A stretch of DNA of 20,000 bases from an uncultured virus (IMG/VR IMGVR_UViG_3300026078_000030) (Duplodnaviria; Heunggongvirae; Uroviricota; Caudoviricetes). Each line of letters starts with the position of its first letter. Within the stretch, counting starts at the first letter, position 1. Of this stretch, positions 15,244-20,000 are shown in pieces. The DNA is taken from IMG/VR virus record IMGVR_UViG_3300026078_000030. One strand, given 5' to 3'. A program made the position numbers and the translations under genes. The notes beneath the pieces are model-generated. The model ran no database searches. It saw only the letters and a program-made list of their open reading frames with translations, and was not told the DNA's origin.

Positions 15244-15446
15244 CTCCATTGAGTTCTACTTGCCAAATTGGGTCTACATCTGCCGGCAGTCGCATCGCGA
15301 AGCTCGGCATTTGCCGGTGACGGGTGGTTCCAGAATTGAAACCCCTGAGCCACCTGATCCCGGCGCTAGGAGAGCATGATGCTCACTACCACATGATTCA
15401 TTCCTTTTTCGTGGGACACGCTTTCGCGTTCCTTTCCCAGAGGCGA

Positions 15447-15605
15447 TTATTGGCTCACGCCGCTCGGATTGTCAACGTTAGTTATTGTCAAAACCGCTCG
15501 TTTCGACGAACGAACCAGCTTATCGCCGATCTTCACTGGCTCGCCTTTGCGGACGAGAATCTTCGCGGGGCGTTTCTTCCGTGCTGTCCGTGCCTTCTGC
15601 GCCAT
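15447..15605 (-). CDS. Basic hypothetical protein (52 aa)
   Basis: GGAAGGA upstream of the ATG at 15605; MAQKARTARKKRPAKILVRKGEPVKIGD... Confidence 0.65.
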   Translation of the reverse strand: MAQKARTARKKRPAKILVRKGEPVKIGDKLVRSSKRAVLTITNVDNPSGVSQ

Positions 15606-15886
15606 ATTGACGTTCCTTCCGTGATTATTCACTGGCAGGTTGTCTTTCGAGCCATCCGGGCAGAGTCCGAAAATCGCCAGTCCGAAAGGAGGTATGCTGC
15701 CGGAGAACCGATTTCATATCCAAGGCCATTTTCTAGATGCCTGCTGGTGAACACTCCAAGGATTCGATCGCCTCTGATCTCGGTTACTCGAAACCGATAC
15801 GTGTTCCAAGGAGACGCGATCTCGTCGCCGACACGAACGTCCTCGATAGGTATTAGTTCAGACATGATATTGACGTTCCCTCTGTG
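15604..15886. repeat. 20-bp direct repeat (18/20 identical, 13-bp exact core) flanking one gene
   Basis: ATATTGACGTTCCTTCCGTG (15604-15623) versus ATATTGACGTTCCCTCTGTG (15867-15886). Confidence 0.88.
15629..15865 (-). CDS. Hypothetical SH3-like small protein (78 aa)
   Basis: MSELIPIEDVRVGDEI...FRVTEIRGD; GAGGGA upstream. Confidence 0.7.
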   Translation of the reverse strand: MSELIPIEDVRVGDEIASPWNTYRFRVTEIRGDRILGVFTSRHLENGLGYEIGSPAAYLLSDWRFSDSARMARKTTCQ

Positions 15887-15894
15887 CGTCCGTG

Positions 15895-16140
15895 TCAGTC
15901 CGACTTCGCCTTCGCGTAAACGCAGTACGTTTCGTTTATCACGACATGGCCGCGACTCAATCGAATGCCTGCGCCACGAGAGAGGGTGCGCACAACCCGC
16001 GCCATCGCGCCGCTCCTGCGAATTTCAGCGGCCTTGGCCTTCGCCGCCTCTTTGTCGGTGCCGTGTCCACTCTGGTATTTATAGCCATCGCGTTCGGCTT
16101 TTCGCCGTGCCGTATTCTTAGGTGTTTGCCATGCGTACAT
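15895..16140 (-). CDS. Basic hypothetical protein (81 aa)
   Basis: GGGGA upstream of the ATG at 16140; ...DKEAAKAKAAEIRRSGAMARVV... Confidence 0.7.
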   Translation of the reverse strand: MYAWQTPKNTARRKAERDGYKYQSGHGTDKEAAKAKAAEIRRSGAMARVVRTLSRGAGIRLSRGHVVINETYCVYAKAKSD

Positions 16141-16189
16141 TTTCGTCCCCAAAAATCCCCGTCAGTCTCGCCGCGATGATGGACGACGG

Positions 16190-16429
16190 CTACTTCTTCT
16201 TGCGATCATCGAGTTGATACAGCGCGTCGAGAACGCAGTGCTTGCACCAATGGCCGTTGTTCCAGGTTTTTCCTATGTCGTTCGATGTGCCGGTCATTAC
16301 CTCGACCATGAGAACTTGGCCGCGTTTCTTTATCTCTGTGCCAAGGCGGGATCTCGACGCCGTGCTTCCAGCACATTGGTTTTTCGGCGTGATTTCTTTT
16401 CCGCAGCCGTCGCAAAAATACTTGGTCAT
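16190..16429 (-). CDS. Zn-ribbon small protein (79 aa)
   Basis: YFCDGCG...WCKHC; AAGGA upstream. Confidence 0.8.
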   Translation of the reverse strand: MTKYFCDGCGKEITPKNQCAGSTASRSRLGTEIKKRGQVLMVEVMTGTSNDIGKTWNNGHWCKHCVLDALYQLDDRKKK

Positions 16430-16452
16430 TGCCCGTCCTTTCAGTGCGGCCC

Positions 16453-17382
16453 TCAGCCGCCGTTAGCCATCTCGGCATGGCCTGCGTCGAGGCGGTCGGC
16501 GATGGAATTAAATCCGCCGAACCACGCAGACCAAGACTCGATTGGAATGTCTGGACTCGTCAAATCTCTGATTTTCTCCGCACACTCCTGCATCGTCTCC
16601 CGCAACGCCTGGATCTCGCGGTCTTTTTCAACCAGCGAATCGCGGATATTGAAATATCGCTCCGATTGCCAAGTGTGACCACCATTCGGTGATTCCAGTG
16701 GGGCTTCGCATTTCCGGCCCTTGGCTTCTGATGAGAATTGCACGCCGCATGAAACGCAGCGTGATGGCCGTTCCGGTATCGGCTCCTGCTCCGCGACGGC
16801 GGGAGGCTTGGTGGCGCGGAAGTCGTCTCCGAACTCTAACCTCAACGCAGTTTCTGCGGCATCGGCAGTAACGAATAATCGAGGATGACCCAGAGGATGT
16901 CCGTTTGTGCCAATGGCAAGGAAGTATGAAGTTGTGGTATCTTTTCGCACATGCGGAATTCCCGCCTCTTGCTGCACCGGCTGGCACGCGGGGAGCGAAG
17001 GGAGATTGCGGATTGTGTTCGCCGCGTGCCGTAATTCACAGACGATCGCTCTTCTGATGTCGCTATTGCCTGGTCCATCGAAAAGGTCGGCCTCGCGATC
17101 GCAGACGGCAGCGCATCGCTCGCGGTCGTCTACCGCCGGCACCGCCGCCGATTGCAGCCGGGCGATCTCGGCCTTCAGCCTCTCGCATTCCATTCGCAGC
17201 TCCTGCTCGTTCGCGACGCTCGCGGCCTGCTGGGCGGCGTAGTGGGCAGTCTCGGAGGCGAGGCGGTCGCGGTCGGTGCGGAGTTCGCGGATTTCTGACA
17301 ACAGACTACCTGCCTGCTTTGGAATGAATCCAAAACTGAAGCGTAAATACTGCTCTACTTTTTCAAGGTCATTCGTCGACAT
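16453..17382 (-). CDS. Mosaic accessory protein with coiled coils and a Zn-finger segment (309 aa)
   Basis: GGAGAG upstream of the ATG at 17382; coiled coil, DDRERCAAVCD, CVSC...C...H, second coiled coil. Confidence 0.75.
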   Translation of the reverse strand: MSTNDLEKVEQYLRFSFGFIPKQAGSLLSEIRELRTDRDRLASETAHYAAQQAASVANEQELRMECERLKAEIARLQSAAVPAVDDRERCAAVCDREADLFDGPGNSDIRRAIVCELRHAANTIRNLPSLPACQPVQQEAGIPHVRKDTTTSYFLAIGTNGHPLGHPRLFVTADAAETALRLEFGDDFRATKPPAVAEQEPIPERPSRCVSCGVQFSSEAKGRKCEAPLESPNGGHTWQSERYFNIRDSLVEKDREIQALRETMQECAEKIRDLTSPDIPIESWSAWFGGFNSIADRLDAGHAEMANGG

Positions 17383-17416
17383 CGTCGTCTCTCCGGGGTC
17401 GTGTTGGGGGTGGGGG

Positions 17417-17620
17417 TCAGTCGTCAACTTCTGGCCAGCGGTGACTCATAACTTTCTTCAGGTATTCGCCGGCCTTCTTGTAACCGGGATTCTTAGGCTC
17501 CCTGCTGAATCCATAGCCATCGCAAACACCATTGCGATAGGCCGCTTCGCTGTTCAAGTACGCCATGAATGCGAACGCCAAGAACATTGCCAAAACCTCT
17601 AGGCCGTCAATCATGTTCAT
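17417..17620 (-). CDS. Small membrane protein (67 aa)
   Basis: VLAMFLAFAFMAYL hydrophobic segment; ATGA overlap with the upstream ORF. Confidence 0.7.
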   Translation of the reverse strand: MNMIDGLEVLAMFLAFAFMAYLNSEAAYRNGVCDGYGFSREPKNPGYKKAGEYLKKVMSHRWPEVDD

Positions 17621-17823
17621 CCCCCTTTTTCTCCGGCCCGGTCAGCCGTGGTGACGGGTGGCGGGAGTGTGCCGTCCAAAGCTCGATAGAGTGCGAGGCA
17701 GCGACTCTTTGCGTCCGCATTCACGCAATGCCAATATTCCGGCTGGTCCATTACATCGACCAGCTTTGCTCCCCAGTCGATTGGCAGACTCTCAATTGCG
17801 TGGCTAATGATCTTTGGCCACAC
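17617..17823 (-). CDS. Hypothetical protein or gene fragment (68 aa)
   Basis: Stop is coupled to the next start, but the 5' end overlaps the upstream ORF by ~70 bp. Confidence 0.45.
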   Translation of the reverse strand: MWPKIISHAIESLPIDWGAKLVDVMDQPEYWHCVNADAKSRCLALYRALDGTLPPPVTTADRAGEKGG

Positions 17824-17975
17824 GTCCCGTTGCCGTCGCGGCTGATTTTCAGATGCGCAGCCAGAATGTAGAACGGCCGGCGTAGGTCTTCCTCGCGGTG
17901 AAGATGTTCTTCGTTCGCCCGTCGCACTATTTCGTAGGCGTGGCAGGCTGTCTGGGTGATTAGTTCGTCGTGCAT
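17751..17975 (-). CDS. Hypothetical protein, possibly truncated or chimeric (74 aa)
   Basis: AAAGGT upstream of the ATG at 17975; MHDELITQTACHAY...RRPFYILAAHLKISRDGN... Confidence 0.5.
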   Translation of the reverse strand: MHDELITQTACHAYEIVRRANEEHLHREEDLRRPFYILAAHLKISRDGNGTCGQRSLATQLRVCQSTGEQSWSM

Positions 17976-17988
17976 AAAAGACCTTTCG

Positions 17989-18255
17989 TCATTCGCTGTC
18001 TTGCTCGTCTTCGCCGCCGTCCAGTTCACACGCTGGACATTCAACGTCATCGCCCATGTCGCAGGCGTCGCACTTCGTAGACCCGCAACGCGGGCAGTTT
18101 TTCAGGTAATTTGGCTCAGGGCATCCGCAGGCATTGCACGCCGGGAGCTTCGTCTTTGGCTTCGCTGACGGATGGTCCCGTCGCCCGCGTTTCTCGCCGA
18201 CAATCGCATCGAAATATCCCGCTGTCTGGCTCTTCGGGCTCTTTTTTTTGGACAT
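17989..18255 (-). CDS. Cys-rich Zn-finger protein, copy A (88 aa)
   Basis: Four CxxC pairs: CNAC, CPRC, CDAC, CPAC; basic N-terminus, acidic tail. Confidence 0.8.
   Translation of the reverse strand: MSKKKSPKSQTAGYFDAIVGEKRGRRDHPSAKPKTKLPACNACGCPEPNYLKNCPRCGSTKCDACDMGDDVECPACELDGGEDEQDSE
18034..18185. repeat. Copy A of a direct repeat of at least 152 bp
   Basis: 149/152 identical to 19849-20000 (offset 1815 bp); 18059-18185 is identical to 19874-20000. Confidence 0.97.
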
Positions 18256-18477
18256 GAGCGTCTGACTCTTTCTTAATGCTGGTTCTGCGGAATGTTTTGC
18301 GGCAAGTACTTCCGGCTGTCAAAAACAAACCCGGCAACCTCCAGCGGGTCCGTCAGTCGAACAAACGGCTGCCGGAATTCGCTGTCCTCGGGGCGGTCGC
18401 TGCCACGGTGCACGATTCCGTGCGAGTCGACGTAATCGCCGGCGATCGGGTCGAGGGGGCGGGTTGACATGAGCGTC
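18251..18477. repeat. 12-bp direct repeat flanking one gene
   Basis: GACATGAGCGTC at 18251-18262 and 18466-18477 (minus strand GACGCTC-ATG-TC). Confidence 0.8.
18273..18470 (-). CDS. Hypothetical protein (65 aa)
   Basis: AAGGA upstream of the ATG; lies between the 12-bp repeats. Confidence 0.65.
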   Translation of the reverse strand: MSTRPLDPIAGDYVDSHGIVHRGSDRPEDSEFRQPFVRLTDPLEVAGFVFDSRKYLPQNIPQNQH

Positions 18478-18507
18478 CTTTCAAAACTGGTTGACCAAAA
18501 CTCATTG

Positions 18508-18960
18508 CTACTTCATCCCGGCCAGTACCTCGATCGCCTCACGTTCTCGTGACAGAGCATTATCCCGCTCCAGCCGAGCGAGCCAAACGGTGTGTTGCTC
18601 TTTGGCGAGCCTCCTCTGCAAATCAGCAATTTCCGCGTCTTTATCGGCGCCGGCCTCGACGACTTCGAGCATCCGGTCCACCTCGGTTTTGATGTCCCGG
18701 AGACCGATCCGCAGACAATCGTCGCAAAGATGGCATTCGTCGTTCGGTCCACCGTTCCGGTAGACGCACGCACTCACGATCAGAGAATTGCCAATCGACT
18801 CCCATGGGTAATTCCCCTCGATCAGCGGCACTCTCGCGGTCGGCAGATTAGACCCCCATGCTCTGCGCTGTGGCTCAAGGGGTCCACGTTTCTTGCCGCA
18901 CGTCGCGCAATACTGCGACTGATTTTTCCGAACGTCCATCCATTTTTCGTCGACGGGCAT
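18508..18960 (-). CDS. Zn-finger plus coiled-coil protein (150 aa)
   Basis: CATC...HLCDDC, C-terminal heptads; GGGAG upstream. Confidence 0.8.
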   Translation of the reverse strand: MPVDEKWMDVRKNQSQYCATCGKKRGPLEPQRRAWGSNLPTARVPLIEGNYPWESIGNSLIVSACVYRNGGPNDECHLCDDCLRIGLRDIKTEVDRMLEVVEAGADKDAEIADLQRRLAKEQHTVWLARLERDNALSREREAIEVLAGMK

Positions 18961-18999
18961 GATCCAATAACTCCCAAATGGTCTGCGAATAACTAAACG

Positions 19000-19422
19000 T
19001 CAGTCGAACGACTGGCTTCCCGGCTCCGCTTCCGGCGCTCGGCAGGGAGTCCATCGGCCGCCCATTTCTGTAAGCGTCTGCGCTCGATTCCACCCCCATT
19101 GTCCGGAAGGTGCGAAAAAGTGCTGCGCGGTCGGACTCCACATGATGTTTACCGGATAAATGGTTTCCCCATCGTTCCAGAACCAAATATCGCCGTCCCA
19201 GATGTCCCGGCTGACCTCGGATGCGGCGTACCATTGGCAGGCCCGGAGGGGTTCCAGTTCCATCGCAATCACCTTCGCCAGATCGTCGTTGCTTACCATT
19301 CGGCCCAGCGGATCGACGATCCTGAATTCGGACTGCAATCGAATCGCGGCCAGCATTGCGAGCCCATTGTAACGGTCATCTAAGTCAAGCATGGCCTCTC
19401 CCCGCGAATGATAAACGGTCAC
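19000..19422 (-). CDS. Hypothetical Trp-rich protein (140 aa; alternative start 19392)
   Basis: GAGGA upstream of the GTG; C-terminal half loosely DUF551-like (WY...RWTPCRAPE). Confidence 0.75.
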   Translation of the reverse strand: MTVYHSRGEAMLDLDDRYNGLAMLAAIRLQSEFRIVDPLGRMVSNDDLAKVIAMELEPLRACQWYAASEVSRDIWDGDIWFWNDGETIYPVNIMWSPTAQHFFAPSGQWGWNRAQTLTEMGGRWTPCRAPEAEPGSQSFD

Positions 19423-19434
19423 AACATACGTTCC

Positions 19435-19803
19435 TCAAAAGAGCCGACGGCCGCGGGGTTCGCGATAAAAGCGACCTTGGCGCCCGCCCGTCATAAAGAT
19501 CATCATCGAGTTCAGGTCTGGCGGGCAGTTGCAGCGCCGCCAGAAGGTGCCGTTTTCGTCGATGCAGCCCCAATCAACGCGACAGGGACGGCTTCCAAAC
19601 TCTTCCCACGCCTCTTTGCCGCCGCGGCGGCCGGATTCCCAGTACGCGCGCGTCTTCCGGGACAACTCTTCCCAGCGCAGCATCAACGCGTCGGAGCTCT
19701 CGATGTCGCAGATCCGCTGCCACTTCGGATGCTTGCTGCAGTAGTCGGCAGCATGACCGGCTGCGGACAGGGATCGCGTGGCGGCATTGATTGTCGATGT
19801 CAT
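19435..19803 (-). CDS. Hypothetical protein (122 aa)
   Basis: GAGGAGG upstream; ATG directly follows the upstream TGA. Confidence 0.8.
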   Translation of the reverse strand: MTSTINAATRSLSAAGHAADYCSKHPKWQRICDIESSDALMLRWEELSRKTRAYWESGRRGGKEAWEEFGSRPCRVDWGCIDENGTFWRRCNCPPDLNSMMIFMTGGRQGRFYREPRGRRLF

Positions 19804-20000
19804 TCAATCCTCCTCTGGCCCTTCGAGCACCGGATCGGGGAGACAGGATGGACACTCGACGTCATCGCCCATATCGCAGGCGTCGCACTTCGTAGACCCG
19901 CAACGCGGGCAGTTTTTCAGGTAATTTGGCTCAGGGCATCCGCAGGCATTGCACGCCGGGAGCTTCGTCTTTGGCTTCGCTGACGGATGGTCCCGTCGCC
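19804..20000 (-). CDS. Cys-rich Zn-finger protein, copy B (5'-truncated by window edge)
   Basis: ...RRDHPSAKPKTKLPACNACGCPEPNYLKNCPRCGSTKCDACDMGDDVECPSCLPDPVLEGPEED*; same as copy A except for the tail. Confidence 0.85.
   Translation of the reverse strand, partial: RRDHPSAKPKTKLPACNACGCPEPNYLKNCPRCGSTKCDACDMGDDVECPSCLPDPVLEGPEED
19849..20000. repeat. Copy B of the direct repeat (may continue past the edge)
   Basis: Aligns to 18034-18185 with three mismatches (19855, 19858, 19873). Confidence 0.97.

Noticed and set aside
15320..15365. tRNA or tRNA-Sec gene that might explain the in-frame TGA
   Set aside because: The TTCAA-containing loop has a poor anticodon stem, and there is no T-loop (GTTCRA) or acceptor stem.
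15400..15440. c-di-GMP-I riboswitch suggested by the GAAA tetraloop hairpin
   Set aside because: Lacks the conserved GGCAAAC and GACGCAAAGC-type flanks.
18034..20000. Diversity-generating retroelement TR/VR pair
   Set aside because: The three mismatches are synonymous transitions and are not adenine-specific on either strand or copy; no reverse transcriptase in the window.
1..20000. Genome-wide stop-codon reassignment
   Set aside because: terL, portal, protease and beta-helix genes are intact in the standard code, and TGA, TAG and TAA all end genes at coupled junctions.
1..20000. CRISPR array, IS element or integrase
   Set aside because: No regularly spaced repeats, transposase or recombinase motifs seen; the short direct repeats enclose genes with no transposase features or terminal inverted repeats.

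Overview
The whole window is a segment of a tailed dsDNA phage or prophage (HK97-like packaging genes), with every credible gene on the minus strand, so it reads from 20000 towards 1. In transcription order it contains: (i) ~15.4-20 kb, small accessory genes, many Cys-rich; (ii) ~15.0-15.45 kb, a hairpin-rich intergenic region with a terminator and a TTGACA-N18-TAGAGT promoter; (iii) ~10.4-15.0 kb, a cluster in the usual lambdoid lysis-cassette position with holin-like membrane proteins, a lipoprotein and a secreted trypsin-like protease carrying a collagen stalk, but no recognisable muramidase or amidase; (iv) ~5.7-9.0 kb, a beta-helix protein and small structural-like genes upstream of the terminase; (v) HNH endonuclease, probable cos region, terS, terL and an HK97-family portal with a long C-terminal extension running off the left edge (the portal is missing from the ORF track). 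Main unusual signals: four single genes each bracketed by its own 12-20 bp direct repeat at the RBS/start or stop, a 152-bp near-identical Zn-finger gene duplication, and an in-frame TGA inside the lipoprotein gene. All family assignments are from motif recognition by eye; no searches were run.
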